Below, piece by piece: positions 43,501-56,930 of a DNA stretch of 64,000 nucleotides (positions are counted from its first letter, which is position 1; each line of letters starts with the position of its first letter). The notes beneath the pieces were generated by a model that was not told the origin of the DNA, made no database searches, and saw only the letters and a list, made by a program, of their open reading frames with translations. The DNA is taken from contig OX597828.1 in NCBI GenBank assembly GCA_951406725.2, positions 75,330,001 through 75,394,000 on the forward strand. Reading direction: 5' to 3'. Origin of the DNA: Octopus vulgaris (Eukaryota). The position numbers and the translations under genes were made by a program.

Positions 43501-43527
43501 TCTCTCTCTCTCTCTCCCTCTCTCTCT

Positions 43528-43569
<42 letters not shown>

Positions 43570-43863
43570 AGAGAGAGAGGAGAGAGACAGAGAGAGACAG
43601 AGGAATAAACATAATTCAGATACAGTTGTTTTAACAAACAAAATAAATATGCAAAATCGAGGTATATTTATTGAATCCGAGTAATGCGATCCGGATATTT
43701 GCACCTGAGTGTGGAAGATAGAAAAATATCCAGTATTTAAACCTTATAACCTTATGTAAGGAGGGAAATACGGAGACTATTTTAATTCGTTGCTAGGCTT
43801 TGAGGGAATACTCCAGGAGGATGGATAAACGTAGATACCACACACATGCATATGCATACACAC

Positions 43864-43934
<71 letters not shown>

Positions 43935-44421
43935 ACACACACACAGACGTATGTATATAAAATATTTTCTATAAGCTGACGTTCGTATATGAAAGAAGTA
44001 GATGCCTACAGCTATAATGAAGTCATTCCAGCTAATAAAACTCGATATACAGACACGCTGATGTATGTACCGAGATCTCTTTCAATCATTTGTTAAAGCT
44101 AACATATATATAAATACATATATACATATTTTATTGACATTACATATACTTATAATATACAACTTCATTTCTTTACCTTTACTCACTCACACCAACACAT
44201 ACGAAGTGCCTGTACTTGTATCTGGCTGAGCATCAAATGGGGTTCAGCTTTTATACATAAAGTATTAAATAAACTATAGAAATATTTACAACAGTTACCC
44301 CCTTAATAGAAACATTGTCACAACTCCAATATCATATTTATCTTGTCCTGTACGGTTGCATTCATTATGTGAGCGCATATATATATGCATGCTTATTATT
44401 TTCCCATATATATTGTTATAC

Positions 44422-44532
44422 ATGTATGTATGTATGTATGTATGTTTGTATGTATGCATGCATGTATGTATGTATGTATGTATGTATGTATGTATGTATG
44501 TATGTATGTATGTATGTATGTATGTATGTATG
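44422..44532. repeat. (ATGT)n
   Basis: Directly visible. Confidence 0.97.
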
Positions 44533-45267
44533 TCTACGCACATACATCCACACGGATGTTTATGTGTCTTCCCTTTCACATTATATAACTATAAATAACG
44601 ACTGACTTTCACTTAATTCTATTATCAACACGATTATTGTGCACTTTAAGGGAACTTAAGTGCTTGATTTGATAAACTTTTGCAACACAGGAAAACCTAT
44701 ATGATTATACACACAAATATATACATATATATATACAAATTTCTATAAATATTTACGTATGTCGTTTATACATATATTACATATTTTATTTTTATTTTTC
44801 TAGATTCAATTCCTGTTGTTAGCATTTACTTGTCTGTCACATTTGAAGATATTTTGATGCTATGGTTTCCTTTCCACAAATCGATAAGGTTTCAAAACAA
44901 TTCAGTTTATTATATATATATACACACACACACGTACACACACGCTTATATACTCGTGATGTTGATGAATATGTAGACAATGAAGTGATACAGCTGATGG
45001 TGGCGGAGGTGGTGTCGCGAATAGCGGTTATAGTTATGTATATCGTCAAGCTTATGCGAAGGTAATATTTGGATCCTCCAGATGTGTTTTCTATTTCTGT
45101 TGAAATAATGGCGAGATAGATTCGAAGATGGCTGGCTTTAGAATGTTTGTTTCGAAACCAGTCTCCTGTGTGGCTGAGGGTATTCTACAAAGGTTTATTT
45201 GAAAAAAAAAAGAAAGAAAACTGAGAATGTGTACACGATGTAGTCTATCCACGATGCGTATCTTTAA

Positions 45268-45455
45268 TCTTTTACTTGTTTCAGTCATTAGACTGCGGCC
45301 ATGCTGGGGCACCGCATTGAAGAAGTTTTAGTCAAATGAATCGACTCCAGTTCTTAGCTTGGTACCTATTCAATTCTTCTTTTTTGCCGAACCGCTAAGT
45401 TACGAGGACGATGCAAACACCCAAAGGAGGTTGTCAAGCGGTGATCACACACACA
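45268..45455 (-). mobile_element. SINE family B tail half; head half lies at 47125-47232
   Basis: Matches family B tail up to the internal microsatellite. Confidence 0.85.
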
Positions 45456-45467
45456 GTATATATATAT

Positions 45468-45763
45468 GGAGGCGCAATGGCCCAGTGGTTAGGGCCGCGG
45501 ACACGCGGTTGTAGATTCGCGGATCAATTCCCAGGTCGGGTGTTGTGAATGTTTATTGAGCGAAAACACCTAAAGCTCCACGAAGCTCCGGCAGAGGATG
45601 GTGACGATCCCTGCTGTACTCTTTCGCCACAACTTTCTCTCACTCTTTCTTCTGTTGGACTGCTCGCTTAGCCAGCGGGGTGGCGTAATTTGAAGGCTAA
45701 AACAATGCGAAGCGCATTGTGAACAGTGATGTGTAGCAACATCTGATAGCCTGGTTGGCCACG

Positions 45764-45768
<5 letters not shown>
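45468..45768 (+). mobile_element. SINE family A variant with an alternative 3' tail
   Basis: Head and body match family A to about 45655, then an unrelated tail (gctcgcttagccagcggggtggc...cacggtgat). Confidence 0.85.
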
Positions 45769-45824
<56 letters not shown>

Positions 45825-46123
45825 ATAATAAGAGTAAATAATTTCTATAAAGGCTTTTAAAAAAACCCCAATTATTTACTGGTAGAATTCGGTATGTAAA
45901 TATAGCCGATTACCGGCAGGAACTTCTGTAAAGTTCAGTATATATATTGTATATAAGAAAAAGGGACAGGCAAAACAGGTTGCTTGACCGCATACCGAAA
46001 AAATAGAAATAGCAGTCAAGAATGCTTATTTCTATCAAAGTTGGACTCCGGGCATGACAGACCCTGTAATTCACATATGCAAAACAGACGGAATAGATAA
46101 CGAATACGAAGTCTGGCGGTTAT

Positions 46124-46236
46124 CTGTGAACATCATGTTTCTGGATTATGAACATATTGAATATATATTCCATATATATTTTTGATATATATTTCATATA
46201 CATTGCATATATATTTCACATCCTTCTTCAGCACAG
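46124..46236 (-). ncRNA. Type I hammerhead ribozyme candidate, copy 1
   Basis: CTGTG-CTGAAGA-A-GGAT...ATCC-A-GAAA-CATGATG-TT-CACAG: stem I CTGTG/CACAG, long stem II, tight stem III, GUU site. Confidence 0.65.
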
Positions 46237-46768
46237 CTTTCCATTGAAAAAGATTTATCATAGATTTATCAAATGTTACGTACCTCAAACCTTCTGACCA
46301 TGCGACATCAAAATATTTGAAGAAAGTGAGCAAAAGCTAAACCTACGTAGACGTTTGAATTCATAAATCTTCCCTCCAAAATTTTGCCATGCGCATTACA
46401 AAAATAGTTCCATAAGATGGGGAACAATTAGGTTGTCATAAGGGAGTGAAAAATCCAAATAGTAATATAATAATAAGAGTAAATAATTTCTATAAAGGCT
46501 TTTAAAAAAAACCCAATTATTTACTGGTAGAATTCGGTATGTAAATATAGCCGATTACCGGCAGGAACTTCTGTAAAGTTCAGTATATATATTGTATATA
46601 AGAAAAAGGGACAGGCAAAACAGGTTGCTTGACCGCATACCGAAAAAATAGAAATAGCAGTCAAGAATGCTTATTTCTATCAAAGTTGGACTCCGGGCAT
46701 GACAGACCCTGTAATTCACATATGCAAAACAGAAGGAATAGATAACGAATACGAAGTCTGGCGGTTAT

Positions 46769-46881
46769 CTGTGAACATCATGTTTCTGGATTATAAACAT
46801 ATTGAATATATATTCCATATATATTTTTGATATATATTTCATATACATTGCATATATATTTCACATCCTTCTTCAGCACAG
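46769..46881 (-). ncRNA. Type I hammerhead ribozyme candidate, copy 2
   Basis: Same core as copy 1, offset by 645 bp. Confidence 0.65.
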
Positions 46882-47088
46882 CTTTCCATTGAAAAAGATT
46901 TATCATAGATTTATCAAATGCTACGTACCTCAAACCTTCTGACCATGCGACATCAAAATATTTGAAGAAAGTGAGCAAAAGCTAAACCTACATAGACGTT
47001 TGAATTCATAAATCTTCCCTCCAAAATTTTGCCATGCGCATATGTTTTGCATATGTGAATTACAGGGTCTGTCATGCCCGGAGCCTAT

Positions 47089-47124
<36 letters not shown>

Positions 47125-47126
<2 letters not shown>

Positions 47127-47232
47127 GGACTGGCTTTCCTTGGCTAAAGTAGAAGACACTTTCCCAAGATGCCACGCAGTGGGACTGAACATGTGGTTGG
47201 TGAGCAAGCTACTTACCACACAACAACGCCTC
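47125..47232 (-). mobile_element. SINE family B head half, with deletions
   Basis: agtagaagacactttcccaagatgccacgcagtgggactgaac...ctacttaccacac. Confidence 0.85.
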
Positions 47233-47510
47233 TATGTTTCGGTTTCTTCAACGTCTGCTTGTCCATGTTTCTTGTTGACTGTTCACTGGCTGCCATTTTG
47301 TGTTACTGGTGTTATTTATCAATCATTACCTAACATAACCTATTTCCAAAGGTGTTCCGGTCGTGGCTTATTCTGTGAGGAGACATGTTTTGCATAATGT
47401 GTCCTGTTTCTAAAGAGAACTGAGTGTCATTCGAGGGAGATTTGATGCTATTTCAAAAAGTTCTTTCAGATTTGATAAGCATTGCTTTTATACGTATGTG
47501 GTGGCTGTGT

Positions 47511-47875
47511 GAAGGCGCAATGGTCCAGTAGTTAGGGCAGCGGACTCAAGGGCATAGGATCGCGTTTTCGATTCTCAGAAGTGTTTATTGAGCAAAAACA
47601 CTTAAAGCTCCACGAAGCTCTGGCAGGGAGTGGTGGCGAACCCTGTTGTACTCTTTCACCACAACTTTCTTTCACTCTTCTTCCTGTTTCTGTTGTACCT
47701 GTATTTCAAAGGGCCAGCCTTGTCACTCTCTGTGTCACGCTGAATCTTCCCGAGAACTACGTTAAGGGTACACGTGTCTGTGGAGTACTGAGCCACTTGC
47801 ACGTTAATTTCACGAGCAGGCTGTCCCGTTGATTGGATCAACTGGAAGCCTCGTTGTCGCAACCGACGGAGTACC
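47511..47875 (+). mobile_element. SINE family A, full length, with 12-bp TSD
   Basis: TSD atgtgg(t/c)ggctg at 47496-47507 and 47885-47896. Confidence 0.93.
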
Positions 47876-47978
47876 GTAATAGTAATGTGGCGGCTGAAGC
47901 TGTTCTGGTACTTTTGCTGATGATGATGCTAACGACAATGAATGTGATCTTCATAAAAATGTTGATAATACTATAGTA

Positions 47979-48354
47979 TTTTACTTGCTTCAGTCATTTG
48001 ACGGCGGCCATGCTGCAGCACCGCGTTTAGTCGAACAAATCGACCCCAGTGCTTATTCCTTGTAACCCTAGTCCTTATTCTATCGGTGTCTTTTGCCGAA
48101 CCGCTAGGTTTCGGGACGGAAACACACCAACTTCGTTTCTCAAGCGATGGTGGGGGTGGGGGGACAAACACTTACACACACGCACACACATATATATACG
48201 ACGAGATTCTTTCACTTTCCGTCCACCATATCCACTCACAAGGCTTTAGTCGGGCCGAGACTATAGTAGAAGACACTTGCCCAAGGTGCCACGCAGTGGG
48301 ACCGAACCTGGAACAATGTGGTCGGGAAGTAAGCTTTTTGCCACACAACCGCCC

Positions 48355-48359
<5 letters not shown>
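47979..48359 (-). mobile_element. SINE family B
   Basis: Colinear with 11844-12235. Confidence 0.9.
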
Positions 48360-48398
<39 letters not shown>

Positions 48399-49502
48399 AT
48401 ACTTTTATTCACTCTATCCAAATCATTGGACTCCATATCAGATAATTTTGCACTATATAAAATATATTTCAATATAGTTTGTAACTACTACGTTGCAATT
48501 TTTGGGAAAGTGATACAATTCCGAAACGTTACGAAACGTATATTTCATTTGCTACTGGTCAGAATTATATATATACGTGTGTGTGTGTGGGAGGTGTTTG
48601 TGTGTGTGTGTGTATGGGTACAGGACGTCACCAACTGTGTAACCAACATGAACTACGAAAACAAATGAGTTAAATACGCGAACAGTGAGAGACAAATATG
48701 GAAAATAGGGCAAGTAACACAAAGAACGTCCATTCATCAGTTGTCGGTTGTCTATTTACTCCTCATTTCGAGCATTCAACAGCAATATGAGTCTTCGAAG
48801 ACAGTTGCTCCCATAACTTCTAAAATAAAATTTTGAATTAATGGGGGGTCAAAGTTGGGAACAAAAATAGGACAGTGGAGACATACAAAGAAGCCGAACG
48901 AAAACAAACATGGGGTCGTTAGACCAGAACGAGGGGAAAATAGTGAACGCTGGGAGAAATATTTTCTTTGAAAAGAGAAAAGATAGAAGAGAGTGATAGA
49001 AGACGTTCAGTCCATTAGACGTAGTGCAGGAAAAGATAGTCACGTGAAAAAAGAAAGATGGACGATGGACATGTGTGAGCAACGAGAAACAAAAAGAAAA
49101 GTGGGCGGGGAGAGAGAAAGATAGAAAACGGTGAAAGGAAGAAAAAAGAGAATGTCAATCATTGAACCCTGGCCATTGTCTGGCATTGATTTTATGGTTT
49201 TCAGTGGAAGAATTCGATTACAGTATTCATTTTAAACTTTTTCTACCGGTGTTTTTCAGTCGAACAACTATATTACCGATGGGCAGAACATACCAACGCT
49301 TACACATACACACACGCAGGTACACATACACACACACGATGGACTTCAAAGCAGTTTGAGTCAATCAAATTCGCATCAAGGTATAGGCCAACAGGAGTTG
49401 AAGCAAAATATATTTCTACAAGGTTCTGCTTAGAAGAACTGAACACCCAGTCACAGAAACCATGTTTGTTTATATGCTTATAAATACAAATATATATATA
49501 TT

Positions 49503-49550
<48 letters not shown>

Positions 49551-49582
49551 GACAACGAAACACCCCCACCCATATATATATA

Positions 49583-49770
49583 GTGAGAATTTACAAAAAT
49601 AAAAGACGAAGACGTGTGTGTAAACAACAAACAGATGTATTAGTTTAACGCTCGTGAAGTGAGAAAGTCTTTTATGTTTCGAGCCTATGCTCTTCGACAG
49701 AAAGGAACACAGAAATAAACAGGGAGAGAAAATAGAGAAAGGTTCAGTGGCTAGCGATCTATTATGGTGA
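49583..49770 (-). mobile_element. Second copy of the short hammerhead-bearing repeat (motif 49669-49704)
   Basis: Minus strand CTTT-CTGTCGA-A-GAGCatagGCTC-GAAA-CA-TA-AAAG. Confidence 0.7.
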
Positions 49771-50242
49771 ATATATAAATATGAACACCATACCTGGAAC
49801 CATGCTAATTTGCATTGGATCGTGAACCTACATGTGTATCAGTATACATACACGTGCATGTGTGTGTGTACTTGTGTGTGCCAGTATGTGTGTGTGTGTG
49901 TGTATTCGTATACTTACGCATATATTTTGTTGTATATATTTGGTACACCTAAGTACATGTGGAACTCGACTCTTTCACAGCACTCTGAACATTAATATAC
50001 CAAGATTCTAATGAAACCTACAACTGCTTAATAATATCTATAAATATGTATGTGTATATGTATACGCATACACATTTATAGATGTGATATATATTTCTGT
50101 ATACATACATATACATGCATGCAACACATGCATACACATCTCTCTCTATATATAGATAGATATTTTACGTTTGTTTGAATATCTACTCTCCAAGTGAATT
50201 ATCCGTTTCATGCTGTGCATCCGGCACTCATCAGGAGCAAGG

Positions 50243-50308
<66 letters not shown>

Positions 50309-50786
50309 GAGATATATTTGATCCTAACGATGGTCGGATACACATTCCAACCCCCCCCCCCATCGACACAAATAAAGCATGATTCAACCATTCAGCTAAT
50401 ATTCAAAGTAAAGTATATAAACTATACATTATAACAAGTATTGAGTGCATTGTTGAATAGTGGACTTCGTAGTTATATAATGGAGAAAGAACTTACAGTC
50501 AACCACTTACCTATTCATTATTCTATTTTCGTTTGCATAATCAATCTCATATATACATATACACGCATACATACATATATACAAACACATACGTACATAT
50601 ACGTATGTATATTCATACATACAGATATATATATATATATATACACATATACATGCATATACGTATGCATACACCTACGTGTATATACGTATGTATATAC
50701 ATGCACGTAAGTATAGACATACACGTTTGAGTATACATACATATACATACATCTAACTATGTAAATATATATACATATACATATAC

Positions 50787-50826
<40 letters not shown>

Positions 50827-51068
50827 TTTTGTATGTATCTATGTATTTGTGCATGTATGCATGCATGCTCATATGCATATAATCTTTCAGAAATCTCCAT
50901 GTGCCAAAAGGTGAAATGAAGTGTGTCTTTTAAAATATTTACCCAAAATAGATTCTTTAGATAGACACATTATGGTGCATGTCTTCATCTTTGTCATGTT
51001 TGGCTAAATTCAGCTCTAGCTAATGGCTTCCCAGTTGCAATTACACAAACGTATAATCAAAAGCTACA

Positions 51069-51099
<31 letters not shown>

Positions 51100-51324
51100 C
51101 CCTCCCCTCCTCCCAGCAAGTACAAACATACACATGCTTTTAAACATGTGAATGCTGGCAAATAAACGAACTTCTCTCTCTTTCTCTCCCTCAACTTATA
51201 TATATATACATATAGACATACAAACATACATACACAGATATATATACATACACACACACATATATATATATATACATACACACAGATGTAAATATATATG
51301 TACACCCACATACACATATATATA

Positions 51325-51368
<44 letters not shown>

Positions 51369-51427
51369 CACATACAGACAAATATGCACATACATATACA
51401 CACGCATATACATATATACACGTATGC

Positions 51428-51476
<49 letters not shown>

Positions 51477-51690
51477 TACGTACACACACACATGTATGTG
51501 CGTATGTAAGTAATCGTGTGTGAATAGTGACATACGAATATATGGATGCATGTGAACACACACATATACATACACATATATACATACATGCACAAAAGCC
51601 TATATGCTTACATAACCGTATCGATATATATATGTATATTTATATGTAAATGTACTTAGGCCTATATCTGTATGCTTGGACTTATATATG

Positions 51691-51723
<33 letters not shown>

Positions 51724-51785
51724 ATACATCCACACATCACACCCACAGAAATAAAGTCACATATGGACATACTCTACCCCACTAA

Positions 51786-51860
<75 letters not shown>

Positions 51861-52222
51861 TATACATACAGGGTTCGGATGCGTGTGAGTGTGTAGGGTG
51901 TAAATCGTGAGCTACCCCGCCACAGCAACATCCGACTTCACTTCAGCGATTGCCAACTCATTCAACTGCAGACTAAAGCGCCATTACATGTTCATCTGGA
52001 AATCATTTTAATCTCAACCATTCAAACAGCAACTGCAATCAACACAAAGCATGCAAACATTCGGTCGTTGTTTGCTCCTCTTTTGTTTTCTCGTTAACAC
52101 TTTCTCACATACAAACACCGCTCTCTCACTCTCACTCTCTACTTACTCTCTCTCTCTACTTACTTTATATATATATATATATCTTTACGGGTGTGCATGT
52201 GCAGTTACATACCTATAGATAG

Positions 52223-52261
<39 letters not shown>

Positions 52262-52627
52262 AGTGTGCTTTTATGTGCGCATGCGAGTTTGTATATAGAA
52301 AGAAAAAATATATTGTCATTACAAGCCAAATTGGCAGATTCTTTCGAAACAAGAAAAAATACACACCAAAACACAAGGAACAGGTTTAATGTTGGTAGTT
52401 TGTTATAGTAGTAGTAGTAGTAGCAGCAGCACAGTAGTAGTATCAGTAGTAGTAGCAGACGTAGTAGTAGTAGTTGTAGTAGTGACAAGGTTACAGTAGA
52501 AATGGCAGCAATAGTAGATATAAAACCGGCAATATAAACAGTAGTATTCGCTGAGGAAAGTTATGGTGTCTGTAGTAGGAGTTGTAGTTCTTGTAATTGT
52601 AGTAAAAATTTTAGTAGTAGCATCTGT

Positions 52628-53000
52628 CGTGCCACTCCGTCGGTTGCGACGACGAGCATTCCAGTTGATCCGATCAACAGAACAGCCTGCTCGTAAAATT
52701 AACGTGCGAGTGCCTGAGCTCTCCATAGACACGTATAACCCTTAACGTAATTCTCAGGGAGATTCAGCGTGACAGAGTGTGACAAGGCTGGCCCTTTGAA
52801 ATAGAGGTACAACAGAAACAGGAATAAAGAAGGAGTGAAAGTTGTAGTGAAAGAGTACAGCAGGGTTCGCCACCACTCTCTGTCAGAGCGTCGTGGAGCT
52901 TTAGGTGTTTTCGCTCAATAAACATTCGCATCGCCCGGTTTGGGAATCGAAACTGCGATCCTTCGACCGCGACTCCGCTGCCCTAACCATTGTGCCTCCA
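52628..53000 (-). mobile_element. SINE family A with 12-bp TSD
   Basis: TSD agtagcatctgt at 52616-52627 and 53002-53013. Confidence 0.93.
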
Positions 53001-53366
53001 CAGTAGCATCTGTTGTAGTAGTAGAAGCAGTAATAGTGCAAGTAGTTATAATTGTAATAGTAGTAACAGCACCAGTGGCAGAGTAGCGATATCTTTGCGA
53101 AAGTGTCATTTGCATACGAACATTATTCTAGTGTGTAGACTGACGGTATGAATGCTGAGAGTTGAGAAACTTGTCTAAACGGAAATCGAGTGTCAGGCAT
53201 GTTTTACTAACATGCGCAAACACACATATACATACGTTGAGAAAACACAGACACACACACAGACACACACACAGACACACACACATATATATTGAATAGT
53301 GGTACAACAATGCACGAATATTTACTGGAAATGGCAGTCGATAATATACGACGCGACAGTAAAGCT

Positions 53367-53440
<74 letters not shown>

Positions 53441-53552
53441 CAAAGATGTTTGCGGGTGGCGAACATAAAAATTTGTATACATATTAATTTATTTATAGTT
53501 TATAAAAAAGCGGAGAAAAAACAAGAAAAAATAACAACGCGAAGACGTGAAA

Positions 53553-53724
53553 CTTTTGGCTAAGATCAAAATGTAGTATCTGTTCTTAGCTTAATATCTG
53601 ACATGGTCCTTATTAGGGGCCATCAATTTGAAACCGGTTTTTAGGACGAGGCGAAGAGTTAGGGACTAACTCCGTCTTTGCCACGGGTTGATCTGGTATT
53701 GCAGCCCTTCCCGGATTCGGCTCA
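53553..53724 (+). pseudogene. U2: U2 snRNA pseudogene
   Basis: cttttggctaagatcaa..tgtagtatctgttctta..gcttaatatctga matches the U2 5' half including the GTAGTA branch-site recognition sequence; ctggtattgcag matches stem-loop IV; about 13 5' nt are missing, with a small deletion and an altered Sm site. Confidence 0.92.
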
Positions 53725-53786
53725 TATTAAAATGTATATGAATATAAGAATAACCGTTTGCATACACACACACACACAGATAGTTA

Positions 53787-54174
53787 TGATGATGGAAGCA
53801 CTCCGTCGGTTCCGACGACGAGGGTTCCGGTTGATCCGATCAACGGAACAGCCTGCTCGTGAAATTAACGTGTAAGTGGCTGAGCACTCCACAGACACGT
53901 GCACCCTTAACGTAGTTCTCGGGGATATTCAGCGTGACACAGAGAGTGACAAGGCCGGCCCCCTTGAAATACAGGTACAACAGAAACAGGAAGAAAGAGT
54001 GAAAGAAAGTTGTGGTGAAAGTGTACAGCAGGGATCACCACCATCCCCTGCCGGAGCCTCGTGGAGCTTTAGGTGTTTTCGCTCAATAAACACTCACAAC
54101 GCCCGGTCTGGGAATCGAAACCGCGATCCTACGACCGCGAGTCCGCTGCCTTAACCACTGGGCCATTGCGCCTC
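53787..54174 (-). mobile_element. SINE family A, full length, with 16-bp TSD
   Basis: TSD cacacacagatagtta at 53771-53786 and 54175-54190. Confidence 0.95.
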
Positions 54175-54758
54175 CACACACAGATAGTTAACAGATAACA
54201 TTAAACGAAATAGAATGGATAAACATGATTTCCGCCTGCATCCGATTCGTATAAATGCACAGAAAAAACACGTGTGTATGCAAATCACACACAACCGTGT
54301 GTATATATGTGTCTGTGTATATACGTGATGATGTCCGTCTGTCTGTCTGTCTGTCTGTCACAATATGCTCTTCCTCTCTCTCACCTTTTCTCTCACTCAT
54401 TCTGCTTCTGTCGCTGTTTCGGCCGCTTTTAACCCAGGCACTCACTCTTTCTTTGTTTCCTTTTGTTGATCATTATCTGGTGAGGGGGGGGGGCGAGGAG
54501 GGTTGATATAATAAGAATGGACTTAATTAAAATACTGACTACAGCCTCAATGTGTTGTTATATGTGTACTATTGCACGCGCGCGCACACACACACATATA
54601 CACGCAGACTTACATATGTTTAATGTATGGCGACTTCAAACAGGTACAAAATAGATTGAAGAAGTGAATATCGCTGGTTAAGTGGAATGATATTTCTTCA
54701 CGGACGTGTATCAACGAAAGGCTGCTTCGAGTCTTTCATTCCCAGTCTTAAGTGTCGT

Positions 54759-54859
<101 letters not shown>

Positions 54860-54926
54860 GCACACATACTGTCTCAAATAATGATAGCGTATTAAATGGT
54901 TAGCCTTTCTGTTTCTCTTATTTTCT

Positions 54927-54962
54927 TTTTCTGATGAAGGAATACAGTCCGAAACGTCAAGA
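54927..54962 (+). ncRNA. Minimal type I hammerhead-like motif
   Basis: TTTT-CTGATGA-A-GGAatacagTCC-GAAA-CG-TC-AAGA: canonical core and GUC site, weak stem I. Confidence 0.55.
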
Positions 54963-55607
54963 GCATTTCGGTTCTCTTTTATTCAAGCATTGTTCCGTAT
55001 CGTGGAAAGAGCAGTTTAATGGTGTCGGCTAGTTCTCAACCTGCCTGATTTCACAACACAGCTGCGGCGTCATACATAAATAGCAAGTAATCATACACGG
55101 ACACACATACATGTACGCACACAGACGCATATTTACAAATTATGCACAGACGACACACACGCATATCTACACACATACGTACTCATACACACGCATATCT
55201 ACACACATACGTACTCATACACACGCATACACCCACCGCAGAATCAATACTGAGGAAGCAAGAAATATATTACCAAAAGTACGCGTTTCTTTTGCCCTCT
55301 TTCTCCCTCTGTATGTATTTGTTTATGTGCTTGTCTATATGTGCGCGTCAGCCTGGGTCTCTCACTCTCTCTCTCACTCTCTCTCTCTCTCACTCTCCCT
55401 CCCTCTCTCTCTCACTGATCATACGGTTATGCCAGTGTTTAACGAAGACAAAGACACACGGACAGAATATCCGTACTCATGTTTATACTTATGTAAGGAC
55501 ACATATAGGTATGTTTCGCTGTCTATCTCATTGTGTGTGCGTGTACACACACACACATATATATATATACAAACACACAGACATATATATATATAAACAT
55601 ACACACG

Positions 55608-55641
<34 letters not shown>

Positions 55642-56595
55642 TACACACACATGTATATATTTATATATATACAAACGCATATATGTAGATATACAAACAC
55701 ACACGTATACACCCCCACACACACATTTATATATATATATATATATATACAAACACAGGCGCACACATACGTATACGCACACCTTTTAATAATTCATTTA
55801 CTTCCAAATGTCCAGTTATTAAGAGAGTGATAAATCAGAGATCGTTAAGGGAGAGGCTAATTCATGTAGAGGTGGTGTTATGCTACTGATTGCTTCTCTG
55901 GTTACTCTGAAATTGCCAAATATGGTTAATCCTGAAATTTACCAGTCATTTTTACTATTGGGGTTTGATTAGGTCACCTAATTATATTGATAAACTAGCT
56001 ACAATGTGTTACATTATTTATTAAAGTTAGCTACATTTATAACAGTTAATGAATATTTTCATTAGTCGTCTTGTTAAAATAGAGTATATCTAGCTAGCAA
56101 TTAGTTAAATTAGCGAATATGAATGGAAGGTCTTGATATTAAAATTGTAGTGGAAAGTATGTGGATGTAGTGCGCACACGTGCAACGTCAGCCGTTAATG
56201 ATCTACACGTCGCCTGTGTAGACTATATTCAATTTTTCTCTTAGATTGCATTTTAGATCTGAAGACATTGCTGCCACAGGTCTAGATAATTCAATTAATT
56301 TTGATTTCCTTTTCAAAAGTTATATCTCTCCCTCCCTCCTTCCCTCCCCCTCTCTCTCATATATATATATATATTTATGTCCTTTGTACACTTTTTCGTT
56401 TGTTGTTCTTTGCTTTATATTTTTATGCATTTGAGGCACGTACTTTCGCTTTCCTGTAGTATATTTTGTGGTTTCTCTTTGCCTCAAAATTTACTCTTTG
56501 CTATCTGCGTGATTTTACTTCATACACACGCAGGCACACACACACACATACACACACAAGTATATGTATATATATATATATAATACTATACTAAA

Positions 56596-56626
<31 letters not shown>

Positions 56627-56899
56627 ATACTATACTAAAATTTACATGTTTGACTGTTTAACCTAAACATTTTACTTTTTCGTCTCTTTTCCTTTTAGAC
56701 ATTTTTCTATTTCATTATATCATTGCTGAAAGCATGAGTTCATTTCATGTTTTATCGAAGTCTTTACTCTGAGGATTTATACAAACCATGCAAGGTTTTG
56801 TTTGTAAGGCGTATGTTTCAATTATTACTTTAAATTCATATTTATTTAACTGTTTGTGTGTGTGTGCACATAGCCAGACGAAGAGGGAGAGAAAGAGGG

Positions 56900-56930
<31 letters not shown>

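Larger units (their letters stand above)
45819..47083 (-). mobile_element. 645-bp tandem unit (about 1.9 copies) with 41-bp inverted end; Penelope pseudo-LTR or retrozyme-like
   Basis: Near-identical copies offset by 645 bp; 47043-47083 is the reverse complement of 46691-46731; flanked by (TA)n. Confidence 0.85.

Noticed and set aside
46133-46978. Duplicated 66-aa ORF as a gene pair
   Set aside because: Non-ATG start, low-complexity AT-rich content, and it lies within the 645-bp repeat overlapping the hammerhead motif.
48660-49135. Further Penelope-like repeat with a hammerhead
   Set aside because: Minus-strand CTGATGA and CTGTTGA...GAAA are present, but no consistent stems could be built and there is no second copy in the window.
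54110-54175. tRNA genes at SINE heads
   Set aside because: A and B boxes are present, but each is fused to a SINE body with TSDs and no complete cloverleaf is evident.
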